Source of the DNA: Carpediemonas membranifera BICM | Lineage: Eukaryota; Protista; Fornicata | Direction: 5' to 3' | DNA: 64,000 nt | Assembly (NCBI GenBank): GCA_019828565.1 | Contig: JAHDYR010000062.1 | Location: 669,666-733,665, forward strand | Shown: positions 32,722 through 43,823 of the stretch, piece after piece | Layout of the letters: every line of letters starts with the position of its first letter | Position numbering within the stretch: the first letter of the stretch is position 1 | Made by a program: the position numbers and the translations under genes | Notes under the pieces: generated by a model | Databases searched by the model: none | What the model was told of the DNA's origin: nothing | The model's input: only the letters and a program-made list of their open reading frames with translations

Positions 32722-33834
32722 ATGGAAAGAGGGTCTGAAGCTCAAAAGGCGGAGCAAAAGGCTTCTCCGCCTGCGGGATCGCACGAGTGTACTCTATATA
32801 CGCTTGACGAGGAGAACAAGGCACATTGCTTCGCCTGTGCCCGCAGATGCACGATCAAGCCCGGCCATTCAGGATATTGCGGTGTTAGAACAAACTACGA
32901 CGGCAAGCTGATGCTGAACGTCTATGGCCGAATGTCAGCTGCCCACATTGATCCAATCGAGAAGAAGCCACTATACCATGTCATCCCGGGCGCCGACGTA
33001 GTTTCTGTCGGAAGCTACGGATGTAACTTCCGCTGCTCATTCTGTCAGAATTGGCAGCTTAGCCAGAAGACGTTCGAGTGGCGTAGTAAGGTCGGCGACG
33101 GGGAGGCCCTCGACGGTGAGGTTGTCCAACACTGCGGCGACTACATGACCCCAGCCGCGATCGTAGCCATATGCAAGAGGCGCCGCGTGCCGCTCATCGC
33201 CTTCACGTACAACGAGCCCTCCATCTTTGGAGAATACTGCCGGGATGTTGCAGAGGCGGCCAAGGCCGAGGGCATCAGATCTGTGTATGTGACCAACGGG
33301 TACGAGACCCCGGAGCACCTTGATATGATCAAGGACCTTGTCATCGCAATGAACATCGACCTCAAGGCGTTCACCGAGGAGTTCTACTCACGACTGTGCA
33401 AGGCCCATCTCCAGCCAGTCCTCGACTGCATCAGGAACGCCCACGAGCGCGGCATCTGGATTGAGATTACCACACTCGTTATCCCAGACGAGAATGACTC
33501 GAGTGAAGAGTTGACTCAACTCGCGCAGTTTATCGCTAGTGTCTCAGTAGACATACCCTGGCACATCTCGGCGTTCCATCCGGACTTCACGATGACCGAC
33601 AAGGGCAGGACGCCTATCAGCACAATGAGGCGGGCTTACCAGATCGGCAAGGAGGCCGGGCTGAAGTTCGTTTACATCGGCAACGTCCAGGACACATCCA
33701 GGTCGACCACGTACTGCCCAGAGTGCGATACAGCACTCATTGAGCGGTCATTTATGACCAGCGAGAGACTTGCGCCCTTCGACAACGGTAAGTGCGGCAA
33801 ATGCGGCTGCAAGCTGCCCGGGATTTGGGAGTAA
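32722..33834 (+). CDS. AmmeMemoRadiSam-system radical SAM enzyme (PFL-activase-like), prokaryote-type
   Basis: N-terminal CxxCxxxC..GYCGVR, DPIEKKPLYH, GCNFRCSFCQNW (CxxxCxxC), AFTYNEP, VTNGY, NIDLKAF, PWHISAFHP and a C-terminal CPEC..CGKC. No intron. Confidence 0.9.
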   Translation: MERGSEAQKAEQKASPPAGSHECTLYTLDEENKAHCFACARRCTIKPGHSGYCGVRTNYDGKLMLNVYGRMSAAHIDPIEKKPLYHVIPGADVVSVGSYGCNFRCSFCQNWQLSQKTFEWRSKVGDGEALDGEVVQHCGDYMTPAAIVAICKRRRVPLIAFTYNEPSIFGEYCRDVAEAAKAEGIRSVYVTNGYETPEHLDMIKDLVIAMNIDLKAFTEEFYSRLCKAHLQPVLDCIRNAHERGIWIEITTLVIPDENDSSEELTQLAQFIASVSVDIPWHISAFHPDFTMTDKGRTPISTMRRAYQIGKEAGLKFVYIGNVQDTSRSTTYCPECDTALIERSFMTSERLAPFDNGKCGKCGCKLPGIWE

Positions 33835-33878
33835 TATTGATATATAAATCCATGTAAATGCTATCCAACTCTCATAAA

Positions 33879-34703
33879 CTACCTCAGACTGGTGTCCATC
33901 TGCTTCTCTCCGTCCGTCCACCACCGTGCACCCCCAGTCTCGTCGTCCTCGGGGATGGCGTACTCACTGGGCACTAAAGCGTCGTTGCCAGGCTGAGACT
34001 CTCGCTCCACATCCCCAATAAGGCCCGCCATGGCCCGGTGGAGCGAGACATCGTCGGGAGAGCTGAGGTCGGTCAGTAGACTGAAGTCAAGCTGTGGGGG
34101 GAGGTCGACCTCGGGGTATTGGGCCTTAAACTGGTGCAGCTGGTGCAGTACGGACATTTTGAGCAGGTCGTTGAGTCTGCCTGGAGCCATACGCTGCACA
34201 AGCTCGTGCCGGCCCGTCTGGGGGATCACGTGCTTCAAAAGGGTTGACAGTTCGATGAATAGGCTGTGTCTTCCTTGTTCTGGGAGCCACTCGTAGAAAT
34301 CCGGGTGGTCGGTGAGGTTTGGGAGCTGGACGAGGTAGCAGAGCTGGCTGTACTCCTCCCTCGAGGCCTTATGCTCGTATTTGGCCACTTCTTCCATCAG
34401 ATGGTGCTTAGCGGTGGCGTCTTTGTGATATACAGCCTCTAGGAGGCGCTGGCGAGTGATCAAGAAGCAACACCGTTCGAAGTCGAGGGCCTGGTTGGAT
34501 CTAAAGGTTGCAATAAACTCTAACGTCTGAATAAACTGGCCGGAAAGGACCTTTTGGCGAAGAAACTTCTGTTCGCGGCCGTATACGACGCTCGAAACCT
34601 TGCTTTCATGTTCTAGTGCCTGGAGGCTTTCTAAATATCCGTTTTCCCGGAGCCATTCCAACACAATGACGACAACTTCAGTCTTTTTGACGTTCACGCG
34701 CAT
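33879..34703 (-). CDS. WDR47-like LisH/CTLH protein lacking a WD40 domain
   Basis: VNVKKTEVVVIVLEWLRENGYLESLQALEHESKV matches the WDR47 N-terminus, and FLRQKVLSGQF is CTLH-like. Confidence 0.7.
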   Translation of the reverse strand: MRVNVKKTEVVVIVLEWLRENGYLESLQALEHESKVSSVVYGREQKFLRQKVLSGQFIQTLEFIATFRSNQALDFERCCFLITRQRLLEAVYHKDATAKHHLMEEVAKYEHKASREEYSQLCYLVQLPNLTDHPDFYEWLPEQGRHSLFIELSTLLKHVIPQTGRHELVQRMAPGRLNDLLKMSVLHQLHQFKAQYPEVDLPPQLDFSLLTDLSSPDDVSLHRAMAGLIGDVERESQPGNDALVPSEYAIPEDDETGGARWWTDGEKQMDTSLR

Positions 34704-34784
34704 TCAAACTCTGTACAGCGCACTCGATCGCGAGACTGTCGGCTTCGAGGCTTCGAAAAATGAAAGCATCAGCACAACACTCGT

Positions 34785-36047
34785 TTACTCCTTGTCGGAC
34801 AGGGCCACGAGGCCGGGGAGGACGTTCCCCTGCAGCAGCTCGATGGAGGCACCGCCCCCGGTAGAGATGAAGGAGATCTTCTCCTCCTTGCCGCACTTCT
34901 TGGCAGCGGTGGCAGAGTCGCCGCCGCCGATGATGGTCGTGGCGCCGAGCTCGGTGGCCTCGGCGAGTGCGTCGATGACGGCCTGGGTGCCCTTAGCGAA
35001 GGGGGTCAGCTCGAAGACACCGACGGGACCGTTGTTGACAATGGTCTTGGCGGAAACAATGGCATCGTGGAAAAGCTTGGCGGAAGCGGGACCGCAGTCA
35101 AGGCCCTCGAGATCGTCGGGGATGCCCTCCTCCTTGGTGACAACGGTGGTGTTGGCTGTCTCGGAGAAGTCGTCGCCGGTGGTGAAATCGACGGGGAAGA
35201 TGAGCTCAACGTTGTGCTCCTTCGCCTTCTGGACAATGTCGTGGACGATGGTGGCGCCCTCAGCATCGTAGAGGGACTTGCCAATCTTCATGCCGTCGAG
35301 CTCCTTGAGGAAGGTGTACGCCATGCCGCCGCCGATGATCATCTTGTCGACCTTGGTGAGAAGGTTGGAGATCAGCTTGATCTTGTCAGAGACCTTGGCA
35401 CCACCGAGGATAGCGAGGTAGGGGCGCTCGGGAGTGGAGAGAGCCTTGTTGAAGTACTCAATCTCACGCTCGAGGAGGAGGCCAGCGGCGCGCGTCTCGA
35501 AGCCCTCGCCGACCATGGAAGAGTGGCCGCGGTGGGCAGTGCCGAAGGCGTCGCAGACGTAGATGTCAGCGAGCTCACGGAGCTGCTTGCGGAAAGCGGC
35601 GACGTTCTCGGGGGTAGCCTTGACCTTCTCGCCGGCCTCGTTGACACCCTTGCCTTCCTCCTCAATGTGGAAGCGGAGGTTCTCAAGGAGAACAAGCTTG
35701 TCGGAGCCGACCTTGGTGTAGTCCTCAACAAGGGCAACCTCCTGCTCGAGGAGCTCAGAGATGCGCTTGGCAACGGGGGCAAGAGAGTACTTGGCGACGA
35801 CCTGGCCATCGGGACGGCCAAGGTGTGAGCACATGATGATCTGAGAAGCACCGTTCTCAAGGGCAAGGCGCACGGTGGGAAGGGCAGCGGTGATGCGAGC
35901 ATCGTTGGTGATCTCAAGGGTCTTCTTGTTCTGGGGAACGTTAAGGTCAAGGCGCATGAGGATGCGCTTGCCCTTGAGCTGCTCAGTGATATCACGGATA
36001 GAAACTACATAAATATGGCCTGAAGATGACTACATACGCTTGTTCAT
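34785..36047 (-). CDS. PGK: Phosphoglycerate kinase (2 exons)
   Basis: RLDLNVP, SHLGRP, LLENLRF, GGAKVSDK, GGGDS and STGGGAS. Removing intron 36005-36037 gives MNKLSIRDITEQLKGKRILMR. Confidence 0.98.
36005..36037 (-). other. 33-nt spliceosomal intron in PGK
   Basis: GTATGT...TGTAG; removing it restores the conserved PGK N-terminus. Confidence 0.9.
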
Positions 36048-36362
36048 GTCTGACGACAAAGAATTGTCTGCGATCTCGGGAAAATCGAATCCTGCATGAC
36101 CGAATCAGACCTTGTTAGTCACATAATCAAGTGAATCTAGCTATTCCTCGCCTTGTGCCACGACATGGTTTTCTTTGTGGAGTGTGATCCCGTTGTGTTG
36201 GGCCAAGGGAGGCTGCCACGGTGCTCGAGGAAGCTGGGGTGGAAACTCATATGGGGAGTAGTATTATGCTATTTAGTAACAAATCAGGACCTATTACACA
36301 ATGTACTCCGCTTTATCGTCGTGAAAATCCGTTTTATCTTACCTTAAAGTGCACAGCGGCGG

Positions 36363-38477
36363 ATGTCCTCTCTGAACAGGGCACTGCAACGGCCTTTCGC
36401 TCAGGAATTTGGTGTTGTATGCATATTAGCCAAGGATAGTCCGGTTAGTAAGGAGGAGCTTTCCACAGCCTTCCGTGCAGCTCTTGGAGACCTCTTTGAG
36501 GACGTAGAGATCAGCAAGACGGACTCTGCCACGCTGGTTGGCATCAACATGGATCATACCGGTCTCATCCACCACGAGATGGTCCCTGCTATCCGCCTTG
36601 ACTGGGTTCGTTCCAACGGAGGTGCTGCCGTCAAGAACCTCGAGAAATCCTTTGAAAAGGCTTGGGGCGAGTGGTGTAGCCTTCGCCGCTTCGACGACGG
36701 GGCTACTACCCTTGCTGTCTCCTTCATCGAGGAGCTTCCGCCCCTCGTCGAGCAGGCCGAGCCCGGGTGTCGCACCCCTCACCCCCTCATCGTCCGCCAG
36801 ATCATGAAATCGATCGGATATTCTGCGACCGTTCGAGGTGACATCTTCCACGACCCCCGAATCCTGCCACCCACCGATAAGATCCAGAGAACGGTCACTG
36901 AGGCCGTCAAGACGATAGAGTCTGTTCTCAAGGACGCCTTGGCGAGAGACGGCGGGCAGATGGACATTGCTGATGTCTCTGTCACCTCCCCGGTCGGCAG
37001 GGGCACCGAGGTCTGCCCCCGCCGGTTCCTCGGCCACTCCGCCCGGCCCGTGAGCGCCGTCCTGCGCCTCAGAGCCAAGCCAACCGGCTGGCCGACGAAC
37101 TACAAGGCGCTGGTCAGTCTTCGTGCTATTGTACTCGGTCGCTTTGCCAAGTACCTCAGGAAGGCCGGCTTTGATGTCATCCACCTTGATGCATCAGTCT
37201 TGGTGACGGTGGCCAAGGTCACTGTCCACATTAGCATGGAAATCCCGCCAGAACTCAAACTATACGACTTGGTTAAGTCTTCTCTGATCGAGCCTCTCTG
37301 GGATCTGCTCCCAAAACTGCACACGACTCTGGCCACCTTGTCACAGGAAAACTTCGCGTTCCCCGAGACGGTCCGTCTCGCTAAGCGCTGGGTGGCGACC
37401 CACGGCGTCTGCCTTCATCCCCTGTCACCGACCCTGCTCACGGGCAGGGTCGGAGTCGATGTGCCGGAGATTTCCCGGCTCCCGACCGTACACCACTCCG
37501 GTGCAATGGCCGAGGAGGCCGTGGAGGTGCTTGTGGCATCGCTGTTCATCAACCCGACCCCGTTCCAGAAGGCTCCGACATCTGGCCAGGCGGGCCTTGG
37601 TCGTTTTGTCGATTTACTCGCCAACACAGATTTCACCAAGTCACCCTTCATCGTTGACTTCAGGTCAAGATCAGCCCTGGCGGAGCAGATCACTGAGAAG
37701 GAGAGAGAAGCGATGGGCCGCTCCCTGAAGGCCGGTCTCGACACCGCGCTTCCCATATTCTCATCATTTGATCACTCTGGCATAGCACTCACGCGCAGAT
37801 TCGGCGTTGACTCCCTCAAGCGTCTCAAGAGGTTCGCCAAGGCTGCACTCCATATCCACTCCAAGACCCTCGTCGGCCCGAGCAGCAAGGCCCCCCTGGC
37901 TATCTTCAAGCCCAGCCTCGGGGCCTACGACATCCTCCTCGACCTCCCCAAGCCCCACAAGGCGCTCAACGCAATCCCGCAGGACCGAACTGGGCTAGTT
38001 GCCCTGAAGGCAAGAGGTCTGGAGGCAGAAGAGGTTGGAACTGTCGATGGACACGTGGTTGCCGAGACTTGCCATATTCTGCGCGAAATGATTCATTCAA
38101 TTCCCATCATTGGGCAGAGTGCCATCTTCTACAGCGATGTCTACGGCGGTCAATGGGTTGGAATCGTGCTCCACAACACTGACAGCATGCGGCCGTCAGC
38201 CACGAAACTCCAGTACAGCCAAGTCGAGGGCGACTCAACTTCGTCTGGGTCGCGGATGACTGTTGATTTGATTAGTGTTTTGAGTGATATTCTTGTGAGC
38301 AGCGCCGGGCTTGTTGTCGGAGCCAGCATTGGGCAGACGGAAGGTGTGCGGCAGCTGGCGAAGTTTGATGCCCAACTGGCCAGCCTCATCGGTGTCGACC
38401 CGAAGGTCAAGGGTGGCCCTGAGAAACGGAAGAGCGCCGCCCCCGGGAAGAAGGGGAAAGGGAAGAGGGCCCATTAG
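36363..38477 (+). CDS. NOL6: Nrap/NOL6/Utp22-family protein (C-terminal portion only)
   Basis: FEKAWGEWCSLRRFDDG, GWP, FPETVRLAKRWV, EEAVEVLVASLF and FYSDVYGG, with a basic C-terminal tail. Confidence 0.8.
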   Translation: MSSLNRALQRPFAQEFGVVCILAKDSPVSKEELSTAFRAALGDLFEDVEISKTDSATLVGINMDHTGLIHHEMVPAIRLDWVRSNGGAAVKNLEKSFEKAWGEWCSLRRFDDGATTLAVSFIEELPPLVEQAEPGCRTPHPLIVRQIMKSIGYSATVRGDIFHDPRILPPTDKIQRTVTEAVKTIESVLKDALARDGGQMDIADVSVTSPVGRGTEVCPRRFLGHSARPVSAVLRLRAKPTGWPTNYKALVSLRAIVLGRFAKYLRKAGFDVIHLDASVLVTVAKVTVHISMEIPPELKLYDLVKSSLIEPLWDLLPKLHTTLATLSQENFAFPETVRLAKRWVATHGVCLHPLSPTLLTGRVGVDVPEISRLPTVHHSGAMAEEAVEVLVASLFINPTPFQKAPTSGQAGLGRFVDLLANTDFTKSPFIVDFRSRSALAEQITEKEREAMGRSLKAGLDTALPIFSSFDHSGIALTRRFGVDSLKRLKRFAKAALHIHSKTLVGPSSKAPLAIFKPSLGAYDILLDLPKPHKALNAIPQDRTGLVALKARGLEAEEVGTVDGHVVAETCHILREMIHSIPIIGQSAIFYSDVYGGQWVGIVLHNTDSMRPSATKLQYSQVEGDSTSSGSRMTVDLISVLSDILVSSAGLVVGASIGQTEGVRQLAKFDAQLASLIGVDPKVKGGPEKRKSAAPGKKGKGKRAH

Positions 38478-38731
38478 GCTACGGTAAACATGCGGATTAC
38501 TCCAGAAGTGGTGACACGAGACTGTCGGTGGCGGTCGGCGAGTCGTCGGTCAGAATTTGGCAACCACCTAAACGAGTGCTGGAAGTGATGATCAGTGCCG
38601 ATTCCTCGCAATCGTGCATCAGAGAAGCTCTTATCTCCGCATTCAGTGCCTCGCTCACCGCAACGGCCTCCATCTCTGGGGACATCCCCTCGTTGCTCCA
38701 GTGCGCCTACTCCAGGCACTTCGGCGAACAG

Positions 38732-40231
38732 ATGCCCTCGATCCACAACAACAAGAGCACGTCTGCACCAGCGAGCGCTGCTTCACTAGATTCCCTCTGC
38801 GCTATGCTCTCAGAGATCCCCCCTCTTGAACCATCCGCACAAGCCCTCCTCGACCGCGCCCGCTCGATCCTCACCAGCGGCCCCCCGCTGTCCATGAACG
38901 TCGAGCTCGCGGATGGAGAGGAGCTTCCGGTCGCTCTGCACACGCTCAACCAGGGCGCGGTATGGGCGTGTCTGGTGGGTGGCGGGGCCAACCCCGACCT
39001 CGAGGACAGAGTGCTGATGAAGGCTCGAGAGGAGCAGCCGGATGAGACCAAGATGCAAAACAAGATCTGCAAGGCTCTCACCCCCGAGGCCAAGTGCCTC
39101 TGGTTCCTCTGCCGCAAGTTCTTCTTCACGATGAACGTCGCCGAGAAGGACAGCGAGTGTCAACATTACACTGCGTACAACAGATGCTACCACCACCGCA
39201 TGTACATGGGCCGACTCTTCATGCTCGACACGAGGCATTTCGACTTCCTCACCAGGGCCAGGATGCCCAGGGCCCTCGAGGTCTTCAGCGACAAGTTCAC
39301 CCACATCGCCAGGACGCCCAAGGGCCTGTGGGGCTGGGGAGATAGTAGATATCGTCAGCTGGGGTTCGAGTCATCTGGGTTCGTCGACCCGACCCGCCTC
39401 ACCTTCCCCGCCTGCCCCAAGGTCACCGCGCTCGAGACCAGCCTGCCCCCCTGGGAGAAGCACAGGATGGTGACTGATGTGTCGATGGATGGGGATCAGA
39501 CGTTCATACTCACCCCAGCCAGCACTATCATGGCTTGTTGGAATCCACAGTGCTTCGTCGGCCCAGTCGAAGATGAGAACATGCACCTCTTCCACCCAGT
39601 CGCTGTGCCCACAGACTTTGTCCCAGATCACATCATGCATGTGGGTTCTTACCGATCACTGACTGTCCTATCCATGGGCGATCGGCACGTGATCAGCGGA
39701 CATAACTGGCACGGCCGGCTGGGACTCCGGCACGATAATGAGATGACTGGATTTTCCGACCTGCCCTTTAGTTTTGAGCGGGTAATTCCAGGCAATATGA
39801 TCAACGTCTACCTCAGCGGCCGCCAGCTGTTGTTCGCCGGATTTGTTTATCCTCTTTTCGTCCGGTCAGGCCTGCTGCCCGGATCCAAAGAGGAGGCTGC
39901 GTGCTCTACGCTAACGCCGCTTTGCTTCCCAGAGAGGGTCAAGGGTTGCATGGCCATGTGGGATCACCTCGTCTGGGTCACGGAGGGCCGCACTCACCAT
40001 TGCGACGATGAAGACCACTACAGCCTGCCATTTGAGGCGACTGCTTTTGGCAGGAGAGCTGTATGGGACTACGTCCACGAGTTCCGTGACACCACGGGCC
40101 AGTGGTTTGACGTGATGGGTGTGTCAGATGGGGTGGCTGAGTTGGTAAGGTGTGAGACGCCGTTTTCTCGAGAAGTGGAGGAGATCATCCCAGTCGACGT
40201 CGACCCGTGGCCAATCAGTAAACGACAATGA
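38732..40231 (+). CDS. RCC1/BLIP-II-like repeat protein, probably from a lineage-expanded family
   Basis: GLWGWGDSRYRQLG and SGHNWHGRLGL. Confidence 0.6.
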   Translation: MPSIHNNKSTSAPASAASLDSLCAMLSEIPPLEPSAQALLDRARSILTSGPPLSMNVELADGEELPVALHTLNQGAVWACLVGGGANPDLEDRVLMKAREEQPDETKMQNKICKALTPEAKCLWFLCRKFFFTMNVAEKDSECQHYTAYNRCYHHRMYMGRLFMLDTRHFDFLTRARMPRALEVFSDKFTHIARTPKGLWGWGDSRYRQLGFESSGFVDPTRLTFPACPKVTALETSLPPWEKHRMVTDVSMDGDQTFILTPASTIMACWNPQCFVGPVEDENMHLFHPVAVPTDFVPDHIMHVGSYRSLTVLSMGDRHVISGHNWHGRLGLRHDNEMTGFSDLPFSFERVIPGNMINVYLSGRQLLFAGFVYPLFVRSGLLPGSKEEAACSTLTPLCFPERVKGCMAMWDHLVWVTEGRTHHCDDEDHYSLPFEATAFGRRAVWDYVHEFRDTTGQWFDVMGVSDGVAELVRCETPFSREVEEIIPVDVDPWPISKRQ

Positions 40232-40419
40232 TGATCACATCCCAGCCACGACGGCGTGTCGATGTTCTGGAACTGGTGCTGTACGGCATGAACTTGAACC
40301 AGCTGTTGCACTTGATCTTCAGCCCCGCCTCGCAAACATCTTGTTCACAGCATGCGACTGGGCGATGAGACGGCGTCTCATCGGGCGACACCCTGGTCAT
40401 ACAGTACAATTTACTACCC

Positions 40420-41223
40420 TCAGTCGCCCCTCAGCGAAACCTCAACACTCTGACATGTCCGCTCGAGCAGCTGGAGCAGCGTCTCCTCCGTCTGCTCCCG
40501 GTCGGCCTTCTCCTTGGCAATATCGCCCTGGATACGGTTCGCCACGTCCTCCAGCATCTTGAACATGGTCTGCTCCGACTCCTCTCTGACCTTCCTCTCG
40601 GCCTGGATGGTCTCAGTCAGACTGGTGATCTCCTGTTGAAGGCGGCGCACCATATCCTGGTATTTCTCCTCTCGATCTTCCCGCTCGGCATCGAGGCTGT
40701 CGGAAAGGTGCATGATGTCTTGCGCAAGCTGCTTGTTCTGGCGCTCCTCGGCCTCTTCGCGGCCCTTGCGCTCCTTGGAGAGCTCAAGGCGAAGGGAGAA
40801 GCAGCGCTCGTCAATGGCTTTGAGGATCTTGGCCTCGCTGTCCTTGCGGGCCTGGCGCTCCGTGTTCATGTCCAGGTTGATCGAGGACTCGACAAGGCTC
40901 AGTTCCTTGGCCTTCCGCTCACTGAATATGTCGCGGGACTGGCGTTCTTCCTGGAGGGTCTGTTGGAGCTTCGTGAGCTGATCCTTGAGGACTTTCATCT
41001 TGGTTTCCTCCGCAATAGCGGTCTTGGTGAGCTTCTCATCAAGAGTGCGGAGCTTAGTTTCGACGGCATCACGTCTGGCCTGCTTCTCGTCTTCAAGACC
41101 AGCCTGAAGAGAACCGAGCTTGTCTGCGAGCTGGCGAATACGCATCTTGGATGGAGAACCATACTGAGTGTTGGTCATGCGAGAATTCTCCAAAACCGGC
41201 GTCGAAAGACCGAAACTGCTCAT
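40420..41223 (-). CDS. SF-assemblin/beta-giardin family striated-fibre protein
   Basis: 267-aa coiled coil with ~29-residue ERxxRE periodicity and a C-terminal EETLLQLLERTC. Confidence 0.85.
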   Translation of the reverse strand: MSSFGLSTPVLENSRMTNTQYGSPSKMRIRQLADKLGSLQAGLEDEKQARRDAVETKLRTLDEKLTKTAIAEETKMKVLKDQLTKLQQTLQEERQSRDIFSERKAKELSLVESSINLDMNTERQARKDSEAKILKAIDERCFSLRLELSKERKGREEAEERQNKQLAQDIMHLSDSLDAEREDREEKYQDMVRRLQQEITSLTETIQAERKVREESEQTMFKMLEDVANRIQGDIAKEKADREQTEETLLQLLERTCQSVEVSLRGD

Positions 41224-41440
41224 CGAAAGAAATCGTTCCCTAAAGCTGCCCGTAAAAATTTCAACTCTCAGGCCACAAAGAGACGCATGCAGTGTGCTGT
41301 ACAGGCTTCAGAGTGCACATGTATCGCTCTAACCAATTTTTGTTTTTCTCGAGTCGTAAATGATGATGTCATCCTTGCCCAAAGTGCTCTCACCTCCTCC
41401 GCCAGCCAACCACTGGTAGTTTATCATGATACAACAATTT

Positions 41441-43406
41441 CTACAGCTCCTCTCGGGCTAGGATGCTGTCAACGATGCTCAGCGTCCTGCTCACGCTGTC
41501 CTCGGCCACCCTCCGTTCGGGGGCCACCAAGCTGTGGACGCTGGCCCTGTCCTCACGGCTTGAACCCGGGATGTGGTTTCGGGCGGGGTGGGAGGGCGTC
41601 GGACGGGCCTTGGGTGACCGGGGTGACCGCTCGGAAGTCGCCGAGCCGGCCGACGAGGGAGTTCGACCGGCCGTGCTGCCCCGCCTCACAGGGGATGCCA
41701 CGAGGACAGGGCTAAAAGTGCACTCCCGCATGGTGTTGGTCTCAGCCTCAGCCCTACGTGCGCGCACCCTCCTGTCGGCATTAGCCCGCCAATTGTTCTG
41801 CCGATCAAACACAGAACTAGCCCGCCTAGGTTCCGAGTACGGCTGGTCTCGGGGCTCCGGCCGCTTGCTCTCGTGGAGGGGTGAGATGAGTGTGGTGGAG
41901 GGCGACCTGTCTCCAAAGATGTTACCGTTCAGCACGAGCCTCCTGTTAGCAAGCTTCGGCTTGAACGAACACTCCGACATCTCCTGTGCCTCCTTGTCCA
42001 GCCTCTTCGCCTCCATCTGCCGCTCGTACTCCTCTCTCGAGTCCATAAGACGCTCCACACGGCTCGAGGGGGGCCTTCTGCTGTTGGACGAGGCCCGTTG
42101 GTCGAGTAGCTCGCTCAGCTTGTTGGTCTCAGGCTTGAATGTGTATTGCTTCGCGATTTTCTGGACGTCCTCCACGATTCCCTGCTTAACGTGCCTTATG
42201 GGCTCATTCAGTCTCTCAATAAGAGGCGTGTGGGCCCTCTCGGTGCTCTGGAACAGCATCTCTGACGTCGAATTGACCCTGGGCCGGGCTGGGGTGACGC
42301 TCTCGGCCCGCTCCTCTTCCCTCCGCTTACGGTCAAGCCGGGCACGACGCTCCTCGCCGCTTCGGATGAGGATGTCCTCGATTCTCTCCCCTGCCACGCT
42401 CCTGGGCCTCCGGGGAGACACTAGGCGGTGGACCTGCGTCTGTTCCTGCGCCAACTGCTCCTCACGCTCCTTGGCACGCTGGCGGAGGCGTTTGGCGTCC
42501 TCGTATAGTCTGTTTGACACGTCAGAGGCCACCATAGTGTGCGCGGCTTGTATTGAGATCGCAGGTTTAGGGTCTTCCTTCTCGGCGACCTTTTTCTTTG
42601 CGACGGCGTACAGTCGATCTTCCACCTTCCTTGGGGCATTCGCCATCTTCTTCTCCGCCAGCATCGCGCTTCGCTTCAGTATTCTCGGCTTCCCCTGTGG
42701 CTGGGCGGCTGCCTCCTTTTCGGCCCTGGCTTGCTCGAGTCGGTCTGCCCTATGCATCCCCCATTCAATCAGCTGGTCTACAGACCTCTGGAGGCGCTTG
42801 CTGGCTGGGTTGATGGCTGGTTGAAGAGTGTGTTCGTCCACGGCCTGGCGGACGGCGTTCTCCTTAAGCATCGCGATGTGGAGCTGCCTATGGCGTTGGG
42901 AGTCCTCAAGGCGCTCGGAGAAGCTGCCAGAGCGCTCAACCATGGCTTTGGACGCCGGGTTAATGACAGGATCTCGAATTTCGTCCACTTCTTGCGCTTG
43001 CTTCCTCTCGCGCAAAATTGTCTTGTGGGCGTTATACTCACCGGCTTTGGCGTATAGTATCTCGTGAGTGTCGCTACGCTGTAGGTTCTGCGCCATGCGG
43101 GTGATCTTGGGGGGCACCAGCTCTGGTTCTGGCGGTGGCTCGACCTTTTTCTTGGTGACGGACGCACAGCGAGGAATACGGGAACGAGCAGATGATGGCC
43201 GTTGAAGCGCCGATTGAGGAACTTTCTTACGCGGTGACGGGCTGTCGTCGTCCACTTTTAGGTCCGTAACAGAGGATGCGTTGGATATGGCATTTCGTAC
43301 CTCTCTTAGGTCCGTATACGTCTCTGAATAAGTCAAAATAGTCATACATACGCAAATGCCGATCCTCCAACCGCTTTGCTGCAGCGATTGCAGTCAGTTC
43401 TGACAT
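41441..43406 (-). CDS. Charged protein with RLY / (C)TFxP repeats, probably cytoskeletal (2 exons)
   Basis: Intron 43324-43351 joins MSELTAIAAAKRLEDRHL to QTYTDLREV. Repeats YTFKPETN, CSFKPKL and CTFSPVL. Confidence 0.75.
43324..43351 (-). other. 28-nt spliceosomal intron
   Basis: GTATGTATGACTATTTTGACTTATTCAG, in frame with an upstream ATG at 43406 that is preceded by a stop. Confidence 0.75.
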
Positions 43407-43823
43407 TTAACAGCCGAGCTTTCGGATGATGGTGGCCAAAAGTGCACCGTCATTGAAGACGCGTACATGGTCGAAAAGCAGGGACAGAGAGCCTCAGAGT
43501 GGCTTATAGAGCCCTGCCTTGTGCTTTTCCATCTTCTTGAGTTGGGTCCATGTTGCTGACATTCACGGAGACAAAGGCATCAGGGGACATTCAGTGTGAA
43601 CAGAGCCGATTGCATCGTCATCTGCGTCGATCATCGTTTGAGCTGGTGGTCAAATATTCCCGTCTTCCTCATTGGCAAGAAAAATCAAAAAAATCGAAAG
43701 AGGTTTGAGAGGGTTTCTGCCGCCGTTGTAAACTCGCATCCCGTCTTGCACCGCTCTTTTTTGCTTCCTCGGCTCGTATCTCGCGGCTCGACTCACTTTG
43801 AGTCGTCACAGAGAATCGCTTCA

